Under the pieces are notes generated by a model. The model was given only the letters and a program-made list of their open reading frames with translations. It was not told the DNA's origin and searched no databases. From Tubulanus polymorphus (taxonomy: Eukaryota > Animalia > Nemertea), in the NCBI RefSeq assembly GCF_964204645.1, contig NC_134027.1, positions 9,022,485 through 9,086,484 of the forward strand: 64,000 nt of DNA, in the 5' to 3' direction. Below are positions 1-13,978 of the stretch, piece by piece; the stretch's first letter is position 1; each line of letters begins with the position of its first letter. The translations under genes were made by a program, and so were the position numbers.

Positions 1-1199
1 TTCATCACTGAATTGCTCATTTCGCAAAATGTGTTGCATTTATAAGTATCCTTTTTGTTCACCCAGTCCTGGCAGTGTGGCTGTCTCCACAGTGTATCTA
101 CGTTGCTCTACGATCCTGTGTAACCACCCACCCAGACACGTTCATTCAAATTTCGCGTGACTTTTGCCGACACAACTACTGTCGGCATTTTTGCCTGTGT
201 TCAAACTGCGATATCACAGCAAATAAACAACCGATTTTGATAAATAAACTATCTACACTAACCTTATGATGTCTTACGTTTGTTCATTATATCATTTTGA
301 CGATGAATCTGATTTTAGTACGATTAAATTTAAGATACAAAAATACACGCATCGCTCAAGTGTCTTGTTGCTAACGAACTACAGTGTTACAATGCCTAGT
401 TTCAAAGTGAAAAAATTGTGTCATTTTTGCTATTTCTGTATTTATATCGCATTAAGCACGGAGTATGATGAAGGAACCTCCGAATGAACATAATAATAAG
501 AAAACTGAATATGTGATGTTTGCAATGATAGTTTATTTTTCACAATCGATTTGGTGAAACTGGATTTCTGGTGGTTTAAAGTCACAGTGATTTAATAGTA
601 TCGAGAAAATGTCGTTCGTGTCTTAGTGTCTGTGGTACATCAGACACTATAAGGTTCTTGGTGAACCTTTTTGATGTGTCTTTTTAAAAGTCAATTCGTA
701 ATGTATACGTCCCAATTGGCTATTGATCTGATTTTATACACAGCTGTGGTGAGATATGTTTTTCCTTCATCGGTGTCCTCACCGCTGCGCTATTTGTCTA
801 ATGAAAGATCTAATCTCCCGTGCATTGGAAATCAATCCAGTAATGGAGAGATATCGAAAGGTGTCTGATTTCTTTTCACTGAGTCCGAAGGCCATTCAGG
901 CTTATGCTGTACCCCTTGGTCTCAGTGGTGGTTGTCTGGCGTGCCTACGTCTTTGAGTTTGTCTTGTGAACTCTCTACAGACCAGAATATTATTCCGATC
1001 ATCATCAAATTCGATTATATTGTGTAGGATCATAAAATCTGGTATGAGTTCGATATTTGTGATTATCGGATCAAAGCTGGCCAATTAGCAGCCATCTTTG
1101 TTTTTTGAAATTTACATTTTGGATAATAACTAATATAGCATTCCATATCAAGCTATCATTTTTCACATGAGAATGGGAAATGGAATGGTGTATCATAAG

Positions 1200-1590
1200 A
1201 CCATAGAAGGTCATGATGTCATCCAAGATGGCTGACTGGCGGTCATTTTGGAATCTGAAATTATACATTTTGGTCATCAACTCAAATTTTGATTTAAAGC
1301 TTTCATTTTTCATTCGTCAACTGGGATGCCCATCCCATGACCAAACTAGGTCATGATCTCATCCAAGATGGCCGACTGGCAGCCATTTTGGATTCTGAAA
1401 TAATGCATTTTGGTCATCAACTCAAAAGGTTTTCCACCTAGAGCTTTCATATATCAACTGGCATGACCTATCACATAACCAAACTAGGAAATGATGTCAT
1501 CCAAGATGGCTGACTGGATTGTGAATATGAATATGTCACCTAGTGACCAAACTAGGCCATGATGTCATTCAAGATGTCTGACTGTGACTT
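1200..1590. repeat. Degenerate tandem repeat, ~70-140 bp units, ~4 copies
   Basis: Recurrent aggtcatgatgtcatccaagatggctgactgg near 1208, 1348, 1487 and 1554. Confidence 0.8.
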
Positions 1591-2235
1591 TACTTAGCAC
1601 CTGACCACGCAGGCGTAGATGCACCTTCATCTTGTTGTCAAAAGACGTGCGTGGATAGCGGCAAACTCACAACTACAGAAGCTCTAGCTCCGCATTTTGA
1701 TCCTTTGTGACTTTCCTTCATTACGTTTTAAGTAGTAGGGAGCATGACGCCAACAAACGCCGAGTTGGTCACCGGTAGTCGAATCGTATCGACTAAATTT
1801 GATTTGTTCGGGATTAAAAAATTCCTTTGGTTGGCAAATCTGCTTAATGCGTTTGACAATAAAAAAGTTTGCTTGCGATCTGATCAGAAATTCGTACACG
1901 CGCAAAACTAGTCGGAGTTAATGAACTATAGTTCACACTTCATCTCCCTGCATAACATCTCATTGGCCTTTGTGTCTGCTGTGCCATTTGCTGTTGATCA
2001 AATTTCACTAAGCGCCCTTCAAGCGATCACTCATCCACCGAAAAAAAGCAGTTCGATTTGCAATAGCTATTGAATGATTGAGTGTCATTCCGTGGACTGC
2101 ATCAGATTGCTGATAGTATTTCAGGGATTAGTAGGTTGTCATAATCCTACCACACATTGGTGTACTGAATATGGTCTATGATACCTTGATCATGTCCATC
2201 TCGGTTTGAAACTGAGATGGACATGTTTCATGAAT

Positions 2236-2515
2236 GGCGATCATACAAGCAGTTTTGGCGCGGCCTAATGTGGCCTGGAAAACTTTTCACACAGGTACCC
2301 AATTGGCCCATGCCTGTTTGGCCCGAGCCAAATAAAGCCACGGAGACAGTTTGGCCCGTGCCTAATTAGAAAGCGCGTTTACACGCAAGCCACTCAGTCA
2401 ATAGTAAACAATGTTGTAAACAAGCGAAATGTGATGCTTCCAGAACAAGTTGCAATTCACACTCAATGATATGACCCATGCTAGATTTAGGCTTGTTCCT
2501 AATTTGGCCCATGTT
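2236..2515 (+). mobile_element. MITE family A copy (TIR AGCCGCGATCACAC)
   Basis: Shared core gcctaattagagagcgcgttcacacg...ccactcactcgatactaaac...gaaccagttgcaattc; degenerate ends. Confidence 0.7.
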
Positions 2516-2559
2516 GTACTCCTAGCTTCAGTTACTGCTCAGTTGCAAACCAGTTAACA

Positions 2560-2795
2560 AGTGATTGTCTGAATGAACCGAAATTTCCAATTATGTATTT
2601 CGATTAAAAACTCTGTCTGAATTTGACCGCCCATCACACCTATATCTGCACTTCGATTTCTGATATCATAATCGGCCCCTGGTCTCGCTCCTGGCAGGTG
2701 TGGCGGGTTTGTAAGGGTACACCAAATCAAAACACATCAGACCAAATCTACCAATGATCACAGTAATTACCAGGGTCAATCCTATTTTTAAGATA
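2560..2795. repeat. Dispersed repeat family B (SINE-like); related copies at 18500-18745 and 42588-42700 (inverted) and 43995-44092
   Basis: Shared ggcaggtgtggcgggtttgtaagggtacaccaaatc...gggtcaatcctatttttaagat. Confidence 0.65.
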
Positions 2796-4739
2796 AAGAA
2801 AATGCGCCTTCAGAAACGGTGACCTTTAAGTTGCGCACGTTAGTTACTGATAAGTGAACAGTTGTACAGGAAACTGAACAAACAACTCGGTTCCGTCGTT
2901 TGATCGTTAATCACCGGCAAAATTAGTGACATTATTGTAAAAACCGTCACATCGTCCACGGTTGAAAATGACCGATTCCACCGATATGACGGCCACTTAC
3001 TGTCATCGAGCCCCTGATTCGATAACCATGATGCGGTATCAGCGACGAGAAATTAAACACGAACGCCGTCGCCGTCTGTTACTACCGGACTTAAAGAAAT
3101 GGCCATGAAACGATAATTTATATTTGCTGTGGAAATAAGCAGGTTTTCGATAACGTCGAACCAAGCGCGAGTTCGACGTACCAGCTCGCCACGCTGTCAT
3201 CGGCAACTCAAAATGAAACTTAATTGTTTGAGTTTGAAACATCGTTGAAAGAAAATTTCCTTTTCGCTTATACTTTCCTCTTATGCCTCGCGCACGCAGC
3301 ATGACATAAACACGAAAAAAATGTTTCCAGTTTGTTTCATGACTTCAGTCCGGTGTTCCGAAACAAGAAACAAGGTTAACTGAAACTGTTTTGCATGTTG
3401 GTTTCACCGTGAAACAAGAAACATCATTTCGATTGCTTTGTGCGCATTAGGCATTTTACTTGCTTGAAATCCTTTCGCGAATTTTTGTTTTTGGAAATAT
3501 GACCGTGCAGAGATCTCTAGAAAGTTTTCTGCGATAAACAAAAATAGTTCCTTAGACTGACTGTTCGTTTGTTGAGATGCCAGATTTTGCAGGGCTATTG
3601 GCTTGGCTTCAAATAGGAGATAGTTTAGTGGTTTTTTTTTCGTTATGACATGACATATCTCATCGATGCCCGGGTCATTCGCTACGATTGTTGGACGTAC
3701 CACGAAATTTCTGATTGTCATGTTCTGTGAAAATAACAAGAACGATGATGTATCTTCTTGTAATGCAATCTTCTGTAGGCTATACAGATGTCTGTATTTG
3801 TACCAATTTATTTAGGTTTCGTGTCTGTGCTTTATTTGCATCGGCTCCAAATTGCCGTTACTTGTGCAATCCCGAAATCTCGTATGATAGCATGATTGAA
3901 TTGTCCGAATGCAACAATTTTCTTTTGCTCTGGTTACATATGTCCACCTCGCCGAATAGATTTTTTTTCAACAAAGCCAACTTTTTGCAGCTGATGTTGA
4001 CGGTATAGCTAGTATTCTAAGCTCCACTTTTTCCATGCCATGAGCTTTGAAGATGCTTACAGTTTGGTTATCTGGATGATTTCTTAGAAATTCATATTTT
4101 TGATATCAATCTGAACTATTAATGCGGATATTTGCGCATTTTTCAGCGAAAGTGGGACAAAGTGATTGGTAGATATTGTTAAGACGACGCTGTTGAATTG
4201 GCTTTTTTCTTCCGGGAAAGGGGCATCTCGTATTGACCTGTAAGCGAACGTCTTGTCTAGTTCAATTAGAGCCCGCTCGTGCTGCAGGCGTGATTTGCGA
4301 TGCGAAAAACACAAAAGGCTGAACGTTCGCTAACATTTTCATCAGCCTAATGAACCACCGTACGTATTGAACCCAACGCGCTGTGACATTTCGGTCTGCT
4401 ATTGTTTGCCAATGGCGCCGTATGTTACCTGTCGTTCACTTCGCCGCTGGGTCGGTAAATAATTTTTAACGCAACCTAAAACCAGACTCGGTCGTAAATG
4501 TCGTCGCTTAAAGCTGCAGGTGCTCGCTTCGCTTCCCTATACTGGACACTGGAATGACCGTCAGCTTTTTAGAATAACAGTTGGCTAAAAGCTGTTAAGT
4601 GCCCGAGGTGACTAATTTTCCAACCACGATTCGTGTTGACAGTTTTTCATAAGCAGCGCATATTATGGTGCTTAGCTTTGAAGTCAATGCACCCGTGTTG
4701 GCTCTTGTGTCATAGAATGGCCTTGAGATTTGAGACTAT

Positions 4740-5050
4740 AGCCTTGATCACCCGAGCATTTTTTTGCCCAGAACAGCTGTTCACACAGGTGCCAACTGGG
4801 GCCTTTGCTTGTTTGGCTTGCCCCAAAAAGGACCAGGCCTGAGCCAAATTTTAGCACCGGTCAAATTGTCGCGTATGAATTGCAACTGGTTCCGTAAGTG
4901 TTTCACTTCGCTTTGTTTAACAGTGTTTTATATCGAGTGTGTGGTTTACATGCGAATGCGCTCTCTTATTAGGCACGGGGCCAAATTCGACTTGTGTCTG
5001 TTCCAAGCCAATTTGTCCGGGGCCAAATTGTCTCCAAGTGATCGTGACTT
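4740..5050 (-). mobile_element. MITE family A copy
   Basis: agccttgatcac ... gtgatcgtgact termini; family core in reverse orientation. Confidence 0.75.
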
Positions 5051-6025
5051 ATGTTTTAATCTGTAATCGGCCTTAGGAGCTGGTCTGTCTCATTTCTAGC
5101 ATTATGTAGAATATCGAAGTTGTCCTTATGAATATCGAACTTCTCCCTGTCACAAAATGACTATCACCACTCCATATTATTGCGCACATGCCCCACTAAA
5201 AGCAATCGCCAATTCGTTTCAGTTCTTCTGGTCAGGTGGGGGAATGAAATCGACTGACTGACTTAATCGATTCTAGCTTTCCAACATTTTCATTTCTAAG
5301 AAATAGCCCGACTCATTGGTGTATTCAGTTCATGTATCTTACGTACAAGATGAATCCCTATTTATAGCTTATCCTCAGAGCTGACAGCTGCCCGTGATGG
5401 ATTTGTCAGAATGCCCTGCTATTGTCTTTAACGCTGTCCGGATTACTGATACTTATCTCTTAGAATCGCTCAATTATGGATTGTCAGCGGCATGCCGAAT
5501 CGGTTGACAGAAACTGACGCTCAGAAACAGCCGCACGGTTTTGTTTTGCCGAACAGTTTTCGGGATTACTCGACCTTTTGAACAATTCGACGAAGATTCA
5601 AATCTAACTACCTTTAGCCGGGACACGCTACAAGATTTTAGTCACCGATGATGGCGACTGGCAAGAATTCTTGAAAAAATTGCTCCGTGTTTAAATCTAC
5701 TACATACAGAATTAGAAGAGAGACTGAAAACGAATTTTATTTATCAAAAATTGAAATCGAAATACGCGATGTTTCAAACTCTCACTACAGATCATCTTCA
5801 AAGAATGCAAATCATCATTCTCTAGTGAGAGTTTGAAATGTCGTGTATTATGATTAAATTCTTAATAAATGAAATTCCTTTTTAATCTTTTGAATTCTTT
5901 TAATATGGGCATTAGGCTTATTATCTGTTCTCCACATCAGAGTGTGGCTATTCTATCATTACGTAGCATGCCCGCATCAGTGATTGAGAGTGTTGTAATT
6001 ATAATAGCAAAATCACCATTATCAT

Positions 6026-6305
6026 CAGGGTGGCCACTGACCTGGAGTATCTGGGAAATCTAGAAAAAATCTGTGAGAACTGGGGGAATTTGAAAGATTT
6101 TTCCAAATAGCTGGAAAACTCAGGGAATTTGGATAATGTTATCGATGATGTTATTGACCGCATGTTTCTTTACGTAATTCAATGAAAAATGAATGAATCG
6201 TAACATTTTAAACTTCTCCGATTCACGCGGGGAATTTAATGTAATCACGAGGAAAAATCGAGGAAAACTCGGGGATTGGTAAATGGGCGGAAAGCGGCCA
6301 CCCCG
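6026..6305. mobile_element. Non-autonomous TIR element (CAGGGTGGCCAC termini, hAT-like); relatives at 15314-15495, 32020-32100 and 59330-59546
   Basis: cagggtggccact ... agcggccaccccg termini; internal aaaactcagggaattt repeats shared between copies. Confidence 0.6.
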
Positions 6306-8844
6306 ATCGAGCATGTTTGATATTTCCACCGTCGATTCCACAAAATTAGCTTCTATTTGCCGAATGCGTCCGCTCCAGTAACGAAATCGCGTCGCAATCA
6401 TTTTATTAGTCAATCGCGAGCAAACAAAATGGCAACACCGATGAGACGTGGGATATAGACATTACAGCGAAAACACGGGTTATCAGAATGATTCTAAAAA
6501 AATTACACTTACAAAAGTCAGACTGACCAAGCAGAGCGGCCAACTGTTGCTGATTTTCTGTGTTTGTTACTATTTCATTACGAAAAATACCGATTTTATT
6601 TCATATTTCAATGAAATGTTCCCACTGAAAAAACTTCAATTTTATCCAAGGTCACGCCGCTGAAAAATGGTTTTATGTGCCTAATTCTGCTGCTAGGTGA
6701 CGCACTGGGCCCATTCTTTGCTTTGCACAACTAGACCCCTATACTAATGTACCATTACGACCCATTCTTAACGAAGCTAAGCAGCTGAAGAAAACAGACA
6801 CAGACAGTACAAGGGTCTTTCGGAAACCCGAGAACCAATATGATTCCTGTACTTAGCCGCGTCTGTGTTGCATGGCTTATGAGGATCTCGCTGGCCACAT
6901 TTTGGTGGTAAGGATATATCAACGATTGGATTTCATCTAATATAAGTGAGCAGCACTCCAATCTCGCCCTAATATTGATGACATAGTACACATCCACTTG
7001 CACACTACCCTATTTGCGATCAACATTCACTATTCAAGACATGAGAATTTGATGAGATAGAAAATAGATTGTAATTGTTATTTCAATGTTAATATTGATG
7101 ATGTAGTGCACATCAGCTCACATACTATCGCTTCAATAATGCATCGTAGTAAGCAATGTATAAAAACATTTTTGTAACGGTTTTTCAACATCAAACAAAA
7201 ACTAGTGTGTCCTCACCGCCTTTCTGTCAAAATGATGCGATCAGCAATTAAATCCCTAGCGTGTCTCCGGCTTTTAGCTCAGGGAAAGAGAAAAATATGC
7301 AGATGAAATGAGCATTTACAGAGTAGAATTTTATTGGGTTACGAAATTCCAGTTTTTTTCCCTAACAGTCATCGCCAGGCGACACAATGAAATGCACGAG
7401 AAACATTTGGTGACATTTAAAATACTGCTGTTTGTGTAAATGAAGAAATGATCAGAATTTCTAGACCTGTAAGGTGTGCCTAGCCTTTCCAAAGAATTCT
7501 GCTCTTAGGTTTTGTGTGTTGTATTTTGATGGACTTCGCAGTGCTGTTCATTTGGGTATGTTGTCGTGCACCTGCCTTTGGCAGCTGATCTCGCATTGGC
7601 CTAAGATTTGTCATCATTTGACTTGGTCACGTAGACCAAGACCTACTATCCTCGTAACGGTGATTATGGGATACAATAAATGCTACTGACATCACTGTCA
7701 AAAGCTTGCAATCTTAGACTTGATGACGTTCTGGAGACGCATTACCCCAATAATAACTGTTTGTTCCAATTGGCTAACAACATGCATTTGCGTCCGGCAA
7801 AAAAGTCATTAACCTTCAATTTAGGCGCTGATTACGTTGTCATCGGCATTCTTAATTGGCGAGACAAGTCAATAAACGGATTCGAATTTGCTGCTGTCGC
7901 AATTAGAGCGAGCTCTGATGGCATTATCGTAAAAATAATGTACACTGTTGATGTCTACAGATTGCATTAGATGTAAGAATGGGTTATTATGTAAATATAC
8001 ACTTCCCGTTGTCATCCAGAGAGATGAACTTTTGAAATATTACTTGCAATGGCGATGTACTTTAATTTGTTGACTTAATTGTAATGGTTGGTTTAATGTC
8101 TAATGTAGATAGCGATCTCTCAAGAAATGCAACCGATTTCTCGGAAACGTTTTAGCCTTATTTACTGTGCCATAACAAGATGTTTGATGAATTGCTGTGC
8201 CTGGCCTTGAACGCGTATCAAGTGACTATCATTTATTGTCTGCCTGTCTTGTCTATGAATAATTAATAGCAATTTGTTTTTGATATCAACAAATTATAGA
8301 TTTAATTAAACGGTGAAATCGTGCTCGGGAAAATAATTCGTTACGCGTTAATGAAGAAAAAGGTTTTAGATTTAATCAGTGTTGCTTGATTAGTTTTCGG
8401 GATATATTTGCGAAGTTGTAATCGAAGAAGCGCATGGCGCTTGTTTCTCGGAAAGACGATATTTCTAATCTGGCTGAATCTGGCTGTCTGTATTTCGTTG
8501 TGTACATATTCAGCGGATCTGGTTGTTTCGGTTTTGAACTGGTCGTGAACCGGTTTTTATCTCGAATTTTGGACGAACAGTATTTTGGGGAAAGGGAATC
8601 GCATCACTTGTCTCTGCTCTTGTAACCGGCCGGTGTATCACTTGTTAACATATATATATAAACATACCTGTTCAGAGTTAGGCAACTGAAAGGGATTAAC
8701 TCACCCCCCATAACTATTTGTTTGTTTACACAGTTAGATAGTTGTATATATAGTTTCAGTTGTCTGAAATCGGAAACCCGACTTCCCTGAAACTAATCCA
8801 ACTGAAATTCCTGAATGGTTGAAATTAGTTGCCGCTGATAGTCT

Positions 8845-9037
8845 AATGGAGCGCACAAGCATTTTTGGCCGTTCCAAATGGGCCTGACAAAAACATAGTA
8901 GGGGTCGAATTATTGCATTTGAATTGCAACCTGTTCGGGAAGTGACTTACTTCACTTCGTTTAAGCATTGTTTAGTATCGAGTGAGTGGTTTGCGTGTGA
9001 ACGCGCTCTCTAATTAGGCACGGGCCCGTGTGATCCC
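8845..9037 (-). mobile_element. MITE family A copy
   Basis: Reverse core tttagtatcgagtgagtggtttgcgtgtgaacgcgctctctaattaggcacgggcc. Confidence 0.75.
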
Positions 9038-9864
9038 AGATCATGCCATGCCGATAGTTACTTCATCTTATGTTCAATGCATTTGCTTGATCATCACATG
9101 AACTCACATTCACTCAGGCATTCATTCAATTCCTTGTTCTCAAAACACGATAAGTAGCAACCACTACATCCCAAGGGTCTCTTGTTAGTTTCGGCTCGGG
9201 TGACGCTGCTTTGGACCATCCTTGAAGGTTTTTTTTTGTTTCCGCGACGCGATATCATGATGCATTGCGCTGTTGAGATTGAGAAACTGTGTAATATATA
9301 CATGGAAATGATGTATATTGAAAATATGGGTGAAAATGATGAGACACTTTAGTGTGTCGAAATTGACTATTTGACGACTTGAATATTCATGAAGCATCAA
9401 TATTATCGCGCCTTGACAGCGATGCGATTGTATCCAGGAATAAACATAAAAAAACATCTCGTTCGCAGGTTACGCAAGCGATCGAGAGGCGGAGATCCGA
9501 CTTTTGAGAAAAGTTGCCGGATCAAGAATAAATCGTAGAGAGTCGTAATTTTGACACATCATTAGTTGGAAATTTAGAGACAATATCGTATGACTGGCAT
9601 TGCAATAAATGCGTTGAAGCGGCTAATGAGCACGGTTTCCTTTCCGGTATATTTCCTTTCATGCAATATATCTCCATGTTCGTAGCGCCGTTGTTTTTCA
9701 TTTCGAGATCTTTTTCTACGTCTACTTATTAATTTTTTCATAAGTTGAACATGTGACGAAGTGGTTACATAACATTTTCCTAAATACTACAACATGTATG
9801 TATTGAAAAACTACAAGAGAAATCCTATGATAGAACGATAACCACACTCAAACGTGGTGAACGG

Positions 9865-10070
9865 ATAATAAGATAAAATCCCACTATTTACAGATTAAAA
9901 GAATTTAAAAACAAGAATTTATTTATTAAATCTAAAATATTTAAAAGACACGACGTTTCGATCTCACACCTGACGATGATCTCTAGGGTGAGATCGAAAC
10001 GTCGTGTCTTTTAAATATTTTAGATTTAGATCTTTGGCTGATTTATTGTGGGATTTATCTCGTATATTCA
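9865..10070. mobile_element. Penelope-like retroelement remnant in inverted arrangement
   Basis: Perfect ~41-bp inverted arms 9927-9967/9988-10028 (gacgtttcg/cgaaacgtc) enclosing the hammerhead core; flanks aaatcccacta / ttgtgggattt are shared with the 40190-40470 remnant. Confidence 0.55.
9966..10007 (+). ncRNA. Minimal hammerhead ribozyme motif of the Penelope-like-element type
   Basis: acac-CTGACGA-t-gatctc(tagggt)gagatc-GAAA-cg-TC-gtgt: CUGANGA and GAAA cores, 6-bp stem II, helix I acac/gtgt, GUC triplet, and helix III reduced to palindromic ACGU. Confidence 0.65.
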
Positions 10071-11014
10071 CCGCACATGGATATTGTGTATCTTGCTGAC
10101 TTATGTCGAAAAAGTACTTCCCCGCGCTCATTGGCAATAATACCAAAAGTGGGAATCGGTGCATTGAAATCGAGTCTTATTCAGATATATTAAACCCAGC
10201 TGTGATTTATTTAATAGAACGATCGTAAACGAGTAATGGCTTTGATAGATGAAAATTGCGACAGCAGTGGCAATCACTGGCTCCCCACGCCGTGTGAAGA
10301 ACGCTCCCCAGAATTGAAAGCGAACGAACACGCGAAGAGCAACGACTTCTATTTATCGAAAAAAAACATTCGTTCGAGCAATAAAACAAGTTTGCGTTTG
10401 TCCCAATTTCGTCTTATGTTTTGTCATTAGTATCATGATGCGAAGGCAATTATACTTTTCAACCCGAAATTTGATGCGAAACTCAAAATTGTGCGAAATT
10501 GCTTTGATTGCAATTGACTGCCGAGACAATTAGCTTTGAAACTTTTATTTCTAAACCAGATCGCAAGCATGAAAAGGGGAATTTATGACTTTCAATATTT
10601 CCATTTTTCCATTGAAAAGTTCCTGTTTTAACATCAGTCAATTTCATAAGTTATTGTTAACAAAACCTTCAAAAACCATCCGTCTTTTTGTCGTGGGATT
10701 CCATGAATTGAGGCCGTTTTATTCTTATTCATGAGCGAATCTTGAACAGGAAGCCACGCAGTTTGAAATGCTATTTTCATTCTTATGACTTCAAGCATTT
10801 GGGAATGATAAGTTGGCCATTGATCCGCCCCCCTTTGAACAATTCCTGAATATCTGCCCCCGCTTTTTTCATTCAAAGACAACAGAAGCTTTGATTTCAG
10901 GGAACATCCGGCTCATCAGGTTTTTTTCATGCGCTGTTTACCAGTTTCGGTACCACATGAACTCAATACCCTCGTACTTGCGCTATGATACTTATGCACT
11001 ATCATTAGTTAAAA

Positions 11015-11232
11015 ATGGACCCTGTTTTGCCCAACCAAAAAAGTTGAATCAGGCCGGAGCCAAATTTCAGCACAAGGTAGATTATTGCATTTGAATTGCT
11101 ACTGGTTCCGGAAGCGTTTCACTTCGGTTTGTTTAAACAGTGTGTAGTATCAAGAACGCGCTCTCTAATTAGGCTCGGGCCTAATCCGTGCCAATTTGAC
11201 CCAGGCCAAATCGTCTCTGTGTGATCGCGGGT
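11015..11232 (-). mobile_element. MITE family A copy
   Basis: Reverse core; ends gtgtgatcgcggg. Confidence 0.7.
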
Positions 11233-12117
11233 ATTGACGAAATGAAACCCGATTTTGGCTAATGATATCATCCGATGGACGAATAGCTTGATACCTGTGT
11301 CAGAGTCTTGTGGTGCCCGTTAAAGTTCAAACCTACCCAAGGAAGAATGCTCAAATTCATCCAGTCATAGATGATGTAGTACTCAGAAAATGACTCTCCC
11401 TCCAGCATTTTCCAACTGAGTTAACCTGATGTTAACCTCATTTATTCTGAATTGATCATTTGGCTTCGTTGTGTAATTGGCTATTACAAATATCTAATTG
11501 TCATAAACGGCGAACTCATTAATCCCCGAACTACACTTAAACCCCATATCTGTAGGCATTCTGCAGTTGTCGGTGTTCGACAATATACTTTTATGTCACA
11601 GATTAAACTGTGGACTTCCACCGGAATTCAAAGATCAAATTAGTTTATAGTCGTTTCATTTACATAATAATTACACATACGGTCCACATGGTAGGATTCT
11701 CGGTATAGGCTTATCGCATAGAAAAATATAACCTCAAATTCAATTAAAGAACAAAATGGCCAATCCCGCATTTGATGTTGATTGCATAACGAACTGATGT
11801 AGAACTGATCCAGTAGATGACAACATAATGTGATTGAATAACTAGTGGATTGGCTTGCGTGAATTCTAATGATTATAAAAGTATTCGTATATCTGATTGC
11901 TGTTGTCTTTTGAATTCATTATTCTCTTTGAGAGATCGAAAGTTTTCTGTTTTGTGCCAGAATTAATACATCAGCCACTGTGCAGTTGTTGGTCACTGGT
12001 TATCCCATGTAACCAACAAATTGGACTTGAGAACTTTCCTCAATATGTGTTATGTGTTTTATCAAAAATACATTTTCCTTTTTATGTATTATCTATTTTT
12101 GGTTTTATGTGTTAACA

Positions 12118-12279
12118 CTACACCGCAGTGCGGTGTATAAATCGGTGATGGACTTAGCTAGTACACCGCATTGCAGCATATTTATGCTATTAATTATTAG
12201 TTTTGATCTCCATTGTAAGATGGCTGCACTTGTCAAGCATAGGAAAATAGTAGTATAGATACACCGCACCGAGGTGTAG
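12118..12279. mobile_element. Short TIR element with palindromic termini
   Basis: ctacaccgcagtgcggtgtat ... atacaccgcaccgaggtgtag (21-bp inverted repeat, 2 mismatches). Confidence 0.55.
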
Positions 12280-12904
12280 ACACTAGTGGTATTCAACACA
12301 CTTGGGTAGAATTTTCAAATTATCTGCAGCACTTTAGGGTATCAATTAGTCGGCACTGAAAGGGCTTTTAGGAACCATGCGGTCAGACGAAACTTAACGA
12401 TACTATTAATTAGAGAAATAGAGAAACGATTCATTTTACAAACGTCACTGCTTTATCGTCATTCCCAGAGCAGCATTGTGCCCAACTATACCCTCTGTCT
12501 CCATCACGCGTGACAACTTTCTCCAATTAAAGTCAGATTATTTCAAAATCCATTGCGTTTGCACCGACACGTTTGTTTGCAATTAAGATTTCGCGACGAT
12601 TCTATCTCTTTTTTTCATCCACTGTCACGCCATACAACAATTTATGAAAATTATCAACCATCGCGTCGGGAATGACAGCAACCTTGGTGTGATTTTAATC
12701 CGCGTTCGAATACTGTCAGTTTAGTTGTTCGTCTTCATACCAGCCTACTCTAAATCCTCTGCGCGTGTTAAATGATATTCCGTGACATTTTCTTTCTCCC
12801 GTTCGTATAACAAAGGGGTATGGCTTAAGCTTATGTTATCAAACAACTTTGATTCCACTCCTGAAACCGACTGATGATAACATATGAAGAAAAATAATCC
12901 GCAA

Positions 12905-13170
12905 ACGCCCCTTCCCATCCTCCCGCGGCAGGGACTCGAACCTGATGGCATCGCTTGACTCGCCACGGCACGAAACCATGGTTCTACACACCAGGGGCCG
13001 GTTCCATAATCAAGACTTACCGTAAGACCAAATGTGGTCTTAAATCTTGAGACTGGTCTTAAGTTATTAGATTGGCTATAGAACTAAGTTGGTCTTAGAA
13101 TGGTCTTAAGTCTAAGCCCTCACTATGGAACTGGCCCCAGAGCTTGATACTAACTGTGCAGGAGCGGGGG
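12905..13170 (-). mobile_element. tRNA-derived SINE-like remnant interrupted by a MITE
   Basis: gggactcgaacc is a reverse B-box (GGTTCGAGTCCC); a similar motif occurs at ~55935. Confidence 0.4.
12995..13137. mobile_element. PIF/Harbinger-like MITE with CAG target-site duplication
   Basis: cag|GGGCCGGTTCCATA ... TATGGAACTGGCCC|cag. Confidence 0.75.
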
Positions 13171-13746
13171 TAAGCGGATGCATTATTTCCCGGTACATTT
13201 TCCCCTACATTCGAATATGATACTCTCCAAAATTCATGGTTGATGCACAATGCAAAGTAAACATATTTACTCTGGTGGGATCCTTTTCCGCAACTGAGTG
13301 AACCCCTAAATGAATGTTAGAGTGTCAACGATTAACCTATGTCGTGCCTCCTGCTTTATTGATGATTTCTCTCCGTTCGTTGTGCTGTTGACTTTCTTCT
13401 TACTGCTCCACGACAGTCGACCACATTCGGCAAATATGATTACATGGTCGAGCTGATTGTTGCATGTGTTTACTCGTTGGGCAGGGGGGCTTCACTTGGC
13501 GATTTGAAAGAAACAAACAGGCGCTCTCGTTAAAAATGCTGTGATTGATTAAGTAGTCCTGTAAAAAGAAGCGTACTTCGTTGAAGCTTTTGACTTCCGT
13601 CCAGTGGTATATAAACTGACAACAATTAACATTTAATCGTGGCCAAAATAAGCAAAGTGAGCTTAGTTGCTTAATCCGGTTGGGAGAGAGATAGAAATAG
13701 CAATGAAGCCGTTTTAGCAAAAGCTTGAAATGTCTTCGGTGGTCAT

Positions 13747-13978
13747 AAGTCGTGATCAGCATTTTTGGCCAAAAACGTCACACCAAATTTTAGCATTGGA
13801 CAAATGATTGTGTTTGAATTGTAACTGGTTCCAGCAATGATACACTTCCCCGCTTTATTGAGTATCAAGTGATTGGTTTACGTGTGAGCGTTCTCTAATT
13901 AGGCACGGGCCAAATTTGACTCGGGCCTGATCTGTACCAATTTTGCCCGGGCCAAATTGTCTCCACGTGATGGTGGCT
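13747..13978 (-). mobile_element. MITE family A copy
   Basis: agtcgtgatca ... gtgatggtggct termini; reverse core. Confidence 0.75.

Noticed and set aside
640-1084. Coding-like composition suggesting a decayed retroelement ORF (similar impression at 61630-61940)
   Set aside because: No RT, endonuclease or transposase motif recognisable by eye; needs BLASTx.
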